From positions 96,019-160,018 of the forward strand of contig JAADVB010000008.1 of NCBI GenBank assembly GCA_023334545.1: a stretch of 64,000 bases of DNA, given 5' to 3'. The notes under the pieces were generated by a model that worked only from the letters and a program-made list of their open reading frames with translations, ran no database searches and was not told the DNA's origin. Position numbers and translations under genes: made by a program. Each line of letters opens with the position of its first letter. Positions within the stretch are counted from its first letter, which is position 1. Below are positions 10,825-22,129 of the stretch, in pieces. Source of the stretch: Salisapilia sapeloensis CBS 127946. Taxonomy: Eukaryota; Protista; Oomycota.

Positions 10825-12290
10825 TTGCATCGAATCCATGACGACACAGTGAAAGCAGACGAGTATAAAGTCTTTCACCTCTCGGATGAAAAGAAGGCTG
10901 ACTGTAAGCGCATTGCGATGATACTCGTACACGAAGCGCCCAGACATTATCAAAAGTTTGACCAGTCTGCGCCTTGGAAAATGGACAGCAAATGCTGGAA
11001 GCCGGTCAAGACATCCAACAATGTGACCGTGTATCGTGAGCGGAATCCACCTCGTCGTGTGATGAAAGACACGTATAGTGATAGTGCTGGCTGGCAAATG
11101 CCTCGTGTAGTCGTCGGAAACGGAACGATCTCAGGCAATATCGATGAGCTCCTATTTGGTCTCGTGAACGGCGACGAGGCAGCAATTTTGCAAGGTATAA
11201 ACTACTCGGGATCACTGGCAACAAATTTTCAAATCCTTTCGACGATTGAAAAGCCAACTCTGGAGCACCCGTACCGTTGTACTGTTCTCTAATGGCATGC
11301 TGCAAGTCCAAGTCCAGCACTTCAAGGCGTTGTCAAAGATCGAGATGTTGTCTACATTCGAGCGACTGGAATTCCCCAAGTCAATAGGGACGAACGTGTT
11401 AGGTATAATCTGATGCATTCAGTCGACTTGCCTTCTACACCGCTTGAACGACAAGGAATCATATGATCCCGCCTCTCATCTTGTGTTCTCTTGAAGCCTG
11501 TTACCGAACAATCGGTTGAAGTGTTTGTCAAGGCATACCATGAAGTATTTGGGATCAACGTTTTCGACTCCATTGGTGTTGTCACGTTGGCAAGTGCACT
11601 TATGGACAACTGGACATCGACCCGATGTGCAAAACGAAAGAAACTTTCGTGGCTCCTTTAAAGGAAAAATGCGAACAAGGGCAAGGTAATGAGCTTGATT
11701 GGCAGCAGTGAAGTTGACAGCAAGTCCGAATGCCGATCCTGCAAAAAGTAGTTTGGTCCTTTGCGCAAAGCTTATGCCTGTACTTGTGCGATTCGTCAGT
11801 CCGTCGCAAATGCCTTTTTCCCATCGAGCTATTCGACGTCGTTCCCAAGCTAAAGCTGATGGCTGAAAAGGTTCATCTTTGTCTCACTTGTGACCAATTC
11901 ACCGACCAAGTCAGCTCATATAAAGTAGCTCGACAAAATATTAAAGCTGGAAGGTATGAACAAGATCGCAGTAGATCCACCGTCGTCGAGGCGTCTAAGA
12001 TCTCTCAGCTGGAAGACAGGCTTAATGAATTGACAGGCAAAGAATCCTGCGCTGGCGAAGTCTACGAGTTTGATTCGGACCAGCTTAGTCCTTTGACTGA
12101 AGGCTTTTTGCACTCCTTTGCCCACTTTATATCGTCTACTGATAACGCTGAAGTTGTCGAGTCGAAGCGAAGACTCAGTGATGAAGGCTCTGCGGAAACA
12201 GACACTGGAAACGATGAAGATGAATTGGAAGTTCTAAATGAAAATGTATGGAGAGGTAGCATTTCGAAGCTAGATCTGAAAGATGAATAA
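10825..12290 (+). pseudogene. Disrupted START-like + FYVE-type zinc-finger gene (oomycete expanded family)
   Basis: One frame reads WKPVKTSNNVTVYRER…KPTLEHPY…VVKDRDVVYIRATG…KKLSWLL…CRSCKK. It is broken by stops at 11290 (TAA), 11464 (TGA), 11659 (TAA) and 11749 (TAG), and by a frameshift near 11780 into LCDSSVRRKC…CLTC. Confidence 0.8.
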
Positions 12291-12891
12291 CGAGGTCGAT
12301 AATTGGCTCAGCTGAAGATGACTGAGCAGCGACTTTGACAGGACAATAGAAGTGCTGTGGAATGAGAGCGAGTGGAGGAGCATGGTGTTTAACTTGTAGA
12401 GAAGTTGGGCTTAATCGGAATTCGTGTTCTTCGGCTCTGGGCTACCCCACCATATAGTTTCTACCACAATACTCGGTTTAGGGGATTTCCTAGATATGCT
12501 CGCTCTCAGCTGACTGAGCCACATCTACCTCTTCTTTATTGTCACTACCGTCTATAGCTTGTGTCGTCAAGAAATCGATAGTTTAACAACTGCGTCTCAA
12601 CACCTTGGTTTCCAGCACAAGCATCAGGGTCTCTTTTGCCTCTATTTTGGGAAAGAGTCGAATCATTCTAATGAAAGTAGCTGCCTAAACGGCGGGTTTC
12701 TTGCTCAGGCATTAATGAATTTGTAGCCGATGTGAATGGCATATGCATGTCGTACTACGACGTGGAAGCCTCAACAACATAAACAATAAGGAATACATGC
12801 TACTTGAAACTAAATCCATAAAATCCTTCGGGAACGATGGCCAATCGGGTTGGTTGTGTTGACAGAAAATTATAGATTGAGCGTGTTTGCC

Positions 12892-13548
12892 TTAATGCTT
12901 CTGCAAGTCTGCCATACTCCAGACTGTAACGCCAGCCTCGCTTTGCTTCTCATAGTCTGCAACCATGGCTTTTGCAACAGAGCGAACGGAGACGGACGGC
13001 AAAATGTATTGACCAATCTTTTCCACCGTCCGAACCTTTTCACCTCGTTGCAACAGTCCAGGTTGGAAGATACTTGTACGTGCAAAGCCCAAGTCTTTTA
13101 CCTTGTCTTCCAGCTCACCCTTACATTGCGGGTACAGGAACCAACTGGACGACTTTGCACCAGTAGAGGACAAGAGTCCAAAGTAAGGAATTTGATAGGT
13201 CTTGACCAATTCAGCAAAGCGAATGTTGTAGCCAAAGTCGATCTTCCGGAAGTTTTCAGCGCCACCGGCATCGGCACGAGTGGTACCAAAGCAGCTAAAG
13301 GCAGCATCAAACTTGTCCGATACGATAGACGCATCCATCTCTTCGAAGTCTATCGGACGAATTTCGAGCTTGGAGGATGCAGCGGAGACGTCCATGGAGG
13401 GGAATGCTTTCCCCCATTGGTCTTGCGGCACTTGACGGCGCGTGACAGCGACAACTCTGTTACAGTTTGAAGATGACACGAGCTCAGCAACGAGTTCACG
13501 GCCGACGGCACCAGTGGAGCCAAGGACGATTGCCGAGTAAGGAGACAT
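12892..13548 (-). CDS. NAD(P)-binding oxidoreductase, HTATIP2/TIP30-like (atypical SDR), 218 aa
   Basis: Rossmann AIVLGSTGAVG; AFSCFGTTRADAGGAENFRKIDFGY; LLSSTGA…FLYPQCKGELE; SIFQPGLL. Confidence 0.9.
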   Translation of the reverse strand: MSPYSAIVLGSTGAVGRELVAELVSSSNCNRVVAVTRRQVPQDQWGKAFPSMDVSAASSKLEIRPIDFEEMDASIVSDKFDAAFSCFGTTRADAGGAENFRKIDFGYNIRFAELVKTYQIPYFGLLSSTGAKSSSWFLYPQCKGELEDKVKDLGFARTSIFQPGLLQRGEKVRTVEKIGQYILPSVSVRSVAKAMVADYEKQSEAGVTVWSMADLQKH

Positions 13549-16500
13549 GCTTGTTCTCAGGAGGGGTGATTGACGAGGTGATGCCGTGCGAGATGTAAAG
13601 TGGACTTGGAAGTGACGAGTTGGCTCTATTTAGGGAAGCATATAAATTTCAAGTGTAAAATAAAGTTTCAAATAAATGTCTAATGGATCTTTAGGGGGCG
13701 CGGAGTAGGGGCGATGGGAACTTCAGGAGAGCTACGTTAAGGCAGTCTTTTGTGGATACAAGTCGCAGATAGACATTTTCCGGGAGCATGTCTCCAAGAA
13801 GTTAGCTGGTAGTCGTGAATACTGGATTTATATTAATAATAATGACAGTGAGATTATTGTAAGTAGGCTTGGCGAAGGTGAAGGCAAGTTTGGGAAGGGG
13901 TTTACGATCTATTAGATAGCACGCAGAGAAGGCAGCTATCCTCGTTTATACTTTATACATTGAGATAAACACTGTGTAAAATATACTTCGCACAGCCGAT
14001 GCCTTCTTGACGAACGAATGCGTTATTCGCAGTTGCAAACAACCCAGGTTCCGTTTCTGTTCATCGCTAAATAAGTTGCTATCAGACAAGTTCGATCTGC
14101 ACAAAACAACTCTCTTTGAATGTTTAGCTTGCATTGATGTGCAAATTGGGCATCGTTGATAAGTAATCGTCAAATCTTTTGGATCTAAGCGTGCTCTAAC
14201 GGAGAAGCAAAATTTTCCTCTGTGCTACGCACATTAAAATGATCTATCAGCACACACAATGGGTTTGAAAGCCGTCGTGACACTCTAGATCTAACTCCTT
14301 TCAATGCATCGATAGTTGCTTCCATTTCAACTTCGCGTTCAACCAGACTAGCAGCGTTCCCTCTACATCTGCAACATGCCTATATTCCTTTCGTATCTGT
14401 TTTCCTATAAGCTGTCCTTTAATAAAGAGGTGTGTCGGAGATTTTCAACATTTCTGCACTCTCTAAAACATTTAACAAGGAATTACTGATAAACATATAC
14501 GATCTCTTACTACTGTGTATTGCTTGTGTATCATCTAGTGGTTACACATGGAATACACGTCACGTGCTGTCAGGCCACAACAGGTCTTCGTGCAGTGTGA
14601 TTCGCTAAGGGAACCAAACTATCGTGTGCTGCCTGCTGTGGTGGCCAATCGAATAGCTGCCAAGTCAATCGTAACTTTATTGAACTATCAGCGTTCAATT
14701 AAGAACAGAGCGCAAGGCATTCATTGTTAGATTTCCTTCGAATATACACAGAAGCAGCTCCCACAGAACCCAGAGTGAGTGCAATTTTAGCCCACGGAAA
14801 CTTGTCAGCTCGAAGCTTGCCATGGGTTTGACTCGGACCAAGTGTCATTAACCCGTATCAATGCATCTTTCGTGAATACATTCTATCTAGATTCGGTCGG
14901 AGCGATAGAAGAGCATTTAAATCTACCTATACGATATGTTGCTGCATTCGATGCAAGTATCGCTTGACCTTGTCTGAATCATGACATTTTGACAGACCGT
15001 ATGCATATTCATCAATGCAACAACCTTATCTTTTATCTTCTCACCGAAACGACTAGCAGCACAGCAGCAACAGGTACTACCTCTAACTATGCTGAGTCGC
15101 TTTTAGTAGGCTTGCTTGCGCGCTACTGCATGCGGTGGTCTTTTAGCAATCTACTATGGTAACCTTGGATCGTTTGTTACGTGTTCGAACTGTTCCAGTG
15201 GATCGTGATACGACTTATGGATGAAAGGGATGAGCGTAGAGATAGATCGATTAAACCTCCATTTACGGAGCTACAGCCAAAGCTATGGTTTCATAGCTTT
15301 TACAAACTTGCAGGCATGACCAAGTTTCCATATTCGGCATTGAAGGGACATGACAAAAGCATTCATCGACTACGATCAACGAGTAGGATGATGAATTCGG
15401 ACGTTTTGCAACATCACTGGATGCGGACCAGGCTCGAGTATCAACCTCATTTTAATTGCATTTAAACAACAGCTGACTAGGTATGAGATATAAAAGTCGA
15501 TGTGCTCCGATTCAGCTTGTACAAACTGCTAGGTTCTTTTTGTTGAAGATAGCTGAAATGCTCGAGTAATGCATTTTGGTAGCTTTCGAAGCTTCCATTA
15601 AAACCGTTACTTGTCGTAGCAAGTCGGTTAGAAGCCAGTGGGTGTCGAATGTTGCTTCGGCTTATTCGCATCGATCCAATGATAGCGACACGAGCAGTCA
15701 TTGACGAATAATCTGAACATTAGGGGCGATCGGCACGCACTGTGCCAGATGGAGACTTTAGACAGGACTATATCGCAAGTACCATCACGTTTGTGAGGTG
15801 GGCAGGAGATAGACGTCGACGCTAAAATTACCAGTCTAGATAAACGTGGCTTTAATCGGTCACAAAGCAAAATTTTGATGTTCAACCAGGTACTTCCTCA
15901 ACGATTTGGTCTATCTTTTCATCGTGGTGGTGTTTGAGTGGACTCTTGCATTCAAAATCGATGCAGGGATATCTAATTGGAGCCGGTACACATGATGGAA
16001 TCGATGCCAAAGCAAAGTAATACGCGTAGAAATGCTGGAAACGGATGCTGTAATGTCAAAGGGTAGTAAAGAGAAATACTTATCGGTCGAAGCCATGTTT
16101 AAGCACCAAGTGTCACATTTCATGTTCATACATATATCGCTTTAAAATGACGGGTTCTTCCGGCACAAACAAAACAAAAAATGGCGACCCATTCGCTCCA
16201 GATGTCGTCGATCTCGATGATGTCAACAAGGATGATTCCTGATATAATACTTCTTGTCGATCCTAAGTCCATGCGCCTTATCAAGTTCCGTCCTTGCGTT
16301 TTCTCTAGTCTTCCCATTGGGTTCCGAATCATGTGCTCAATCCTACGGTACCGCTGACAGCACCGGAATACATAGCTTCAGCGCATCCCCCTTCCTTTGC
16401 GTTTCGCTGATGACTGTATCCTGTGGTAGAAGCGAAACGCGCCAAATGAAAAAACTCTTCCGATGCTCAAGAGCGAAATGTCCATGTGCGACATCGACAT

Positions 16501-16756
16501 GCATATTCGTGTTAAAATAGATCAGATACACACCGTGTGCTTATACCTACACTTGCTCCGGCATGCTCGTCAAGCCAGCTAGAGCGCATAGAGCGACTCT
16601 AAATCTACGCCTAATCTGATCAAAACCCCTACTCCGACATTATCTGGAGGCAAGTTCAAGGTGTAAAATTATCCGTTCCCGCCTGGCTTCTTCATTCTCT
16701 TATTAGCCATATCGAGGGGAAGCGAATTGTGTTTTTCCGACGGTATAGCGCCACTA

Positions 16757-18073
16757 ATGACCAATCTCGAGGCCCCGCTCGTGCTCACGCCGTCCTCGTC
16801 GCTCGTGGACCTCGCAGCGGCATTGAAGAATAATGACGTCGACACCGATCTCCTGTCGGACTTGGAGGCAGCGACCACCAGCAGTATTACGTACCCAACT
16901 TCCCAAAGTGAACTCTGGAGCATGTCTTTCCAAAACTCACCCGTTGATGCGTTCGACCCTTTTCTAACGGATGAAGCGTCTGGATATGCAATGGAACCGG
17001 TGAAATCCGAGACGCGTGTATCACAGGATAATCCGAAGAAGAAACGAGGTCGAAAGCCAAGTGGCAAGGCGAAGGAGTCGACAAAGAAAAAGAGACCGCC
17101 TCCTACGCCACATAAAGCCAAACTACGTACGTACGAACGTCGGAGTCGACATAAGCGACAGTGTACAATGCAGCAGATGAAGGAAGAAGTAAAGGAGCTG
17201 GAGAGACGGGTGGCCATGTTGTGTTCGGCAGACGACTCGAACGAGCATCGACAGTTGACGAAAGAGATTGTCGAGCTACAGGAGAACAACTTTCACTTGC
17301 GACAGACGATTGATGAGCACAAATTCTTTCAGTCGATGGTCCATCTAGAATTCGAGCATCGTGAGTCTGCTCCGGAAGAAGAGATCGAAGCGACGTTGAC
17401 GACGCCCTTTGTCTGGCATCCCATGTCCGATGACGCGTGCTACGATACGATGCGCAAGTCCTTGGGTGAAATCGAGAGCTTTAGTAACGACCCAGACTTT
17501 ACGTCGAGTGGTCTCCAGGTCTTTGGCTGGAGTGAAAAGCGACTCTTGCGTGGTCATGACGTTCGCTTTTTATTCCACAAGCAGTTCCACCGGTACTCGT
17601 ATGAAGATCTCGCGCACAAGTCATTTGAAATGAGAGCCGTACAGGACCAGTGCTCTCGCTACCTCGGTCCGTTCTTGCGTGTGCAAGTGGAAATCATCCA
17701 GCGACTGAGCGACGACGTTGTCGTCGTCCGTCGTCGTATCCGGCATGAGCAAGATGGGTGGGTCCACCATACCATCTACCTCCTGTTCCGTATGGAAACG
17801 GAGGATGGACACGTCGTCTGCATACGAGACTTGAACCCGAGGAGCGCTGAGCAATTCAATGTCGTCCAGGACAGCACCAAATGCGTGATCTGGGCGCATT
17901 GCTTCATCTGGTGGAGGTTTAAGAAGATGGAGGAAGGTGGCTTCCAAGTTGAATATGGAGGCAGTCTCGGCTCTGCGACCAAGGCGGATGCTGCGTTTTG
18001 GATGAAAGAAGTTCTCTTGTGTGCTTTGCGATGGGAAAGTCTGACGATCGGACCTTTGCTCAAGGTCAGTTGA
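16757..18073 (+). CDS. Oomycete-type bZIP-like transcription factor with C-terminal START-like domain
   Basis: ATG at 16757. KKKRGRKP AT-hook-like motif; basic region KLRTYERRSRHKRQ followed by heptads (MKEEVKELERRV…LTKEIVELQENNFHL). C-terminal VFGWSEKR…IIQRLSDDVVVV domain typical of this family. Confidence 0.65.
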   Translation: MTNLEAPLVLTPSSSLVDLAAALKNNDVDTDLLSDLEAATTSSITYPTSQSELWSMSFQNSPVDAFDPFLTDEASGYAMEPVKSETRVSQDNPKKKRGRKPSGKAKESTKKKRPPPTPHKAKLRTYERRSRHKRQCTMQQMKEEVKELERRVAMLCSADDSNEHRQLTKEIVELQENNFHLRQTIDEHKFFQSMVHLEFEHRESAPEEEIEATLTTPFVWHPMSDDACYDTMRKSLGEIESFSNDPDFTSSGLQVFGWSEKRLLRGHDVRFLFHKQFHRYSYEDLAHKSFEMRAVQDQCSRYLGPFLRVQVEIIQRLSDDVVVVRRRIRHEQDGWVHHTIYLLFRMETEDGHVVCIRDLNPRSAEQFNVVQDSTKCVIWAHCFIWWRFKKMEEGGFQVEYGGSLGSATKADAAFWMKEVLLCALRWESLTIGPLLKVS

Positions 18074-18141
18074 GGATGGAGATTTGTTTTGCATGTTGTA
18101 GCGTTTATCTATCGAAATGAAAAAAAACTTGAAACGAATGT

Positions 18142-19962
18142 ATGTTATGGATGAATTTGGAATCGTCTGTACGTTTCAACGAGACTGCTGTTGCTGCTGC
18201 AAGGGGCTCAAGGATTCGTATGGCAGAAGTAGGATGTATCGAAGGGTATTTGATGCTCTTGTGTGATACGACGGACGGACAGGAACTAGTGTCGACATTC
18301 ACGATGCTCAATGGGACCAAGCTACGGTGCTTTTATATGGGTGATGGACAGACTGGGAATGTACCAATGGAGGAGATTATGAGTATGGAAGTCGAAGGTG
18401 TCGGAGAGTGGGATCCATCGACAGAGTTACCATTCGATCGAGATCAGGCAAAGATTAGCTATTGTGTTGTCGGACATGGCGAAAGTAAGAAGGAACAGAT
18501 CGAGTTATGTTTCATGGCAACCTCAGTCGAGGAAAAGCAGCTTTGGGTGGATGCGATTCATAAAGCGTTATCAAGTCGTACAAGCTGCAGTGACAACCAT
18601 AGTGCTTTTACAATGGATGAACACCGACCATTGAGATCGTCTTCGTCGACATATTCTGCAGGAATTACTAGCTGTGTCATGCTTGAGCAAAGTGCATCCA
18701 AGACAGAAATCAATTGTCGACTGGATGCAAGAGCTTATGCGCGCAATCAGTCCATCGGCTCGAAATGGAGAGAGTGTCTTGTAGTATGGGAGCCGCCGAC
18801 GGTTAGTCTCTACGATACGTTTACGAGATCTTCTATCAACGGCACAAATAGTGCTCAGCCGATAGAAAGCCATGTCGTTGTGCGAGTGGCGCGATTTCGC
18901 TCACTCTTCGCGTACAGTCCATCCAAGCATCGATGTAAGTATGGATTACGATTTCAAGACGCAAAGGGAGAGTATATAGAGCTCTCTTTGTCCGAGAACG
19001 AACAAAAGCACTGGTATACGGTCGTTTCTGAGTGTCTTGCCAGCAGAAGCAGCTCTGCCAGCACCAACTCAATGCAAAGACCGACGAATGGAATAAGCGA
19101 AAGCTCTGAGAACTCTGAGGTATCTCGAGACCAGGCGATACCACCGATCGCTAGAGCAGCCATGGAAGGCTATGTCGATGTCCGAAGCAAGAAACGTTTA
19201 AGTGTACATTGGAGTCGGCAGTACGCTGTTCTCATCGGGACGCAGTGGCTGTTGTACAAAGACCAAATACAGGCAAGTAAGCTTAATTGGAAATCATCCG
19301 TCGAAAATGTGATACGTGGTTCAGAAGCGATACTTGCAACTGACATTGTGAAAGCGGAAGTATGGAATAAAACTAACAGCTCACCAATACGGCACAAAAA
19401 ACGTAGCAAGAAAGAGAAAGAGAAAGACTATTTTGTAGTGACGCTCAGCACAGGTAGTACAATGGTTTGTCGAGTTTCTACATCGACAGAGCGAGAGCAA
19501 TGGCTGGAGGCTATTGAAAATGAAATCAACCTTTCGTCCCAGACAGAGCGACAGGTAGCTCAAGCGATCGAAGATTCACGTGCTAAAGCAAAGGAAAGAG
19601 ATCGTGTACGATCCAAATTTACAAAACTACAATCGGAAGCCAAACGCCGGTCTATGCTGCTAAGAGAAATCTTGGAGGAAAACACAGAAGCAATGGACGA
19701 CCCCGAAGAGACAAACGAAGGGTTCCTCGCAAGAAGAGCATCGCGAAGACGGCGATCTTCGATATTGACTACTCCATCACCTGTTCAGAGCAGTAGCGCA
19801 GTGAAGCCTCAAGTAGGACTTTGGGATTGGATATGGACTGACTGGTTATTCCGCTGTTGTTGGCAAGAGCAGCATCACTGTCAACCAGCACCAGATTGGC
19901 TCGTACAGTCTGGTACTAGACAAAAACCTTTGTATATTTGTGAATATTATAGCGACGCATAG
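18142..19962 (+). CDS. Protein with three PH-like domains and a C-terminal coiled coil
   Basis: Three repeats each end in the PH C-terminal Trp helix (EEKQLWVDAIHKAL, EQKHWYTVVSECL, EREQWLEAIENEI); two begin with the EGYL/EGYV strand. Confidence 0.75.
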   Translation: MLWMNLESSVRFNETAVAAARGSRIRMAEVGCIEGYLMLLCDTTDGQELVSTFTMLNGTKLRCFYMGDGQTGNVPMEEIMSMEVEGVGEWDPSTELPFDRDQAKISYCVVGHGESKKEQIELCFMATSVEEKQLWVDAIHKALSSRTSCSDNHSAFTMDEHRPLRSSSSTYSAGITSCVMLEQSASKTEINCRLDARAYARNQSIGSKWRECLVVWEPPTVSLYDTFTRSSINGTNSAQPIESHVVVRVARFRSLFAYSPSKHRCKYGLRFQDAKGEYIELSLSENEQKHWYTVVSECLASRSSSASTNSMQRPTNGISESSENSEVSRDQAIPPIARAAMEGYVDVRSKKRLSVHWSRQYAVLIGTQWLLYKDQIQASKLNWKSSVENVIRGSEAILATDIVKAEVWNKTNSSPIRHKKRSKKEKEKDYFVVTLSTGSTMVCRVSTSTEREQWLEAIENEINLSSQTERQVAQAIEDSRAKAKERDRVRSKFTKLQSEAKRRSMLLREILEENTEAMDDPEETNEGFLARRASRRRRSSILTTPSPVQSSSAVKPQVGLWDWIWTDWLFRCCWQEQHHCQPAPDWLVQSGTRQKPLYICEYYSDA

Positions 19963-20412
19963 GCTATAGATTAATTCCAAGTAGTTGATCTACCTCTCAT
20001 TCACTCTTTAATACAAGAAAATTGTAGAGTTGAGGAAGCATCACGCTACGGAGATCATAAAACAAGTAGCATAGGATAAAATGAAATGGTTTTAACGTTG
20101 TTTAATCGAAACAAAAGGTGGTTTCCGTAGCGTGGTTAATCTTATAAAAATCTCAGTAAGATTAGTATCAAAAGTATATTACAAAAAATAATGTAGAATA
20201 AATCAAACAAACCATCTTTACTTCATGGAATCACTGGGTATCCATTCTGTGCCACCGCATACATTTAGCTAGGACCTGCCTGACACTAGGGTTCTCGATC
20301 TATGTATGAAATGACCCGCGTGGCGGCGATGACCGTAGTTGTTGGTACGATTATGGTACAAAGTACCGCTTGCGACCACATATTCGACACAAAACTTTAC
20401 GAACACGAAGCG

Positions 20413-21525
20413 ATGAGGAGCGTAAGCGTCCTCTTCCTGCTCTTTGCACTTATCATTGCAGCCGTTGTTGCCGACCCACGTGAAGTGGAGAATGAAGCGT
20501 ATGTTTTGAGTTCATTCACATCCTTTAATGCTTTATAAACAACATCCATAACCTAGCATTTGATTGCCAATAGATACATGGACTTGGACGAAGCGTCTGT
20601 CCCTGATGTAGCAATCGAGAAGCGTGTATCCATTGCACTCGAGCATAACATCGGTCCAGAAGCCTCTAGCGTGTTTTCTCCTCGAGGCTCGGTCGAAGTC
20701 CTCTTCGGATCGTCCTTGGTGAAACCCCAAGCTACTTTCAAAGACACTCCTTCCTTGTCTGAAGTTGAGCTCCAGGAATTTCAGGTATGCATGCATGATG
20801 TAACAATGGACTATGATATGCTCACGACTTTATAGTCTCTCTTGGCGAATAATGGCTATTACATGGTTCGAGCTCGTTCAGATCCGGAGGATGCCAGCTC
20901 TCATTACGTCGCTGCTTCCATCCCCATCGTATTAGCTCTTTTATGGCAGCATCTGTAGTCATCTAAATGTAGCTGTGTGTAGTGCATGCTAGCGGCCGTG
21001 AAGATGCATGAAGACTTGGCTTTCCACATGTCAGATGACGGTCAGCTCATCGGCATCGAGTTCCTCACGCCTTACATTTCTCCATCTACCTGCTCTCAAG
21101 TCCAGAAGGTATGCAAGTCACGACTTGATGTGTATCCCCTCTTAGCATTTGAGTATAGAAGGGACTGTCTACGGCGCAATTGACACCCCACGCGACCGTC
21201 TTCTTGGCTCAACCTGGAGCGAGGTAATGCTCCAAACAACATGTACTAGTATCGAGTCTAATAAGAGTATCTAGTCCTCCCAAGAATGTTGGTGCTCGAA
21301 AGGATAGCATTCCGAAAGGAGTGAAACCAGCGAAAGCGGATGGCGAGGAAGAAGCTGTGGAAGAGAACCCGTCCTTCTTCCGAAAATATGTACGTTCCTC
21401 TTGGAGTTTGTTTAGATCGAGTACTCATGTCATTATAGTGGTACATCATCCTACCAATCGTCATCTTCAGCCTCGTGGGTGGACAGGAACCACAAGCGGC
21501 TGGAGCACCAGCGGGACGACGTTAG
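20413..21525 (+). CDS. EMC10: ER membrane protein complex subunit 10 (7 exons, 260 aa)
   Basis: Exons 20413-20498, 20574-20784, 20836-20928, 20983-21108, 21159-21223, 21275-21389, 21439-21525; all introns GT-AG and the model closes in frame. Signal peptide, LEH…FSPRGSV, ASIPICML and the C-terminal SFFRKYWYIILPIVIF hallmark. Confidence 0.85.
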
Positions 21526-22129
21526 AATGGTCGTATCGAAACTTGGGTTGGAATAAAGCTACCTGCCTTTAAAGACTGAAGCTATGCTCAATCTCGAGAT
21601 TTCTATACGTAATAGTTGTATCGTTCTTTCGAAGGGTCCAGAGATCTGTCTTATATAATCTTTGCTTTTAATGTTGTGGATACTTGATACTGAATCATGA
21701 ACACTCTAGTTCCTCTCCTAGACATATAGATACAAGGTGAACTCAGAGATGGTACTAACCAGGAGCAATCATCACGCGACTACCTCGACATTCTTTTTTA
21801 TAAAAGGACTCGTTTACCCAACAGATTCTGCTTTTAGACGCTCGGAAAAGGATACTAGATGGAAGCATGAGCTAATCATCGACCTCATCGCCTTTTATGG
21901 ATGGCAGCAAAGCAAATCTTACTTTAGGATCCCTCGGATGTGTCATAGCTGAGTATGACGACATCGTGCGAGATCCAGACTGTAGCTGAAATCAAGTGAT
22001 AGCCAGATTAGCAGCACATTTCTCTTCCAGCCTTTAGTAATTTTCATCAAATGTGTATCTGCTATCAAGTGTAGATACCTCCAAAAATTGAAACGAACAC
22101 TACAAGCAAGTGACAGGAGAAATCAATTT

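Noticed and set aside
11290-11751. Possible alternative genetic code or stop readthrough in the START-FYVE gene
   Set aside because: All three stop codons terminate other genes normally in this window, and the locus also has a frameshift, so it is a pseudogene.
12306-12519. Two related quasi-palindromes, CTCAGCTGA(AGATGA)CTGAGC at 12307 and CTCAGCTGACTGAGC at 12505
   Set aside because: Only two short copies with no array, TSD or element between them; compatible with chance.
13700-16600. Short ORFs in the 3-kb gap (e.g. RVAIIGS at 15701, 15181-15465)
   Set aside because: No complete motif (no GxGxxG) and no coherent splice model; at most unidentifiable decayed sequence.
20121-20141. GTTTCCGTAGCGTGGTTAATC resembles the 5' end of tRNA-Val
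   Set aside because: The D-arm is incomplete and no anticodon arm, T-loop or acceptor 3' strand follows.
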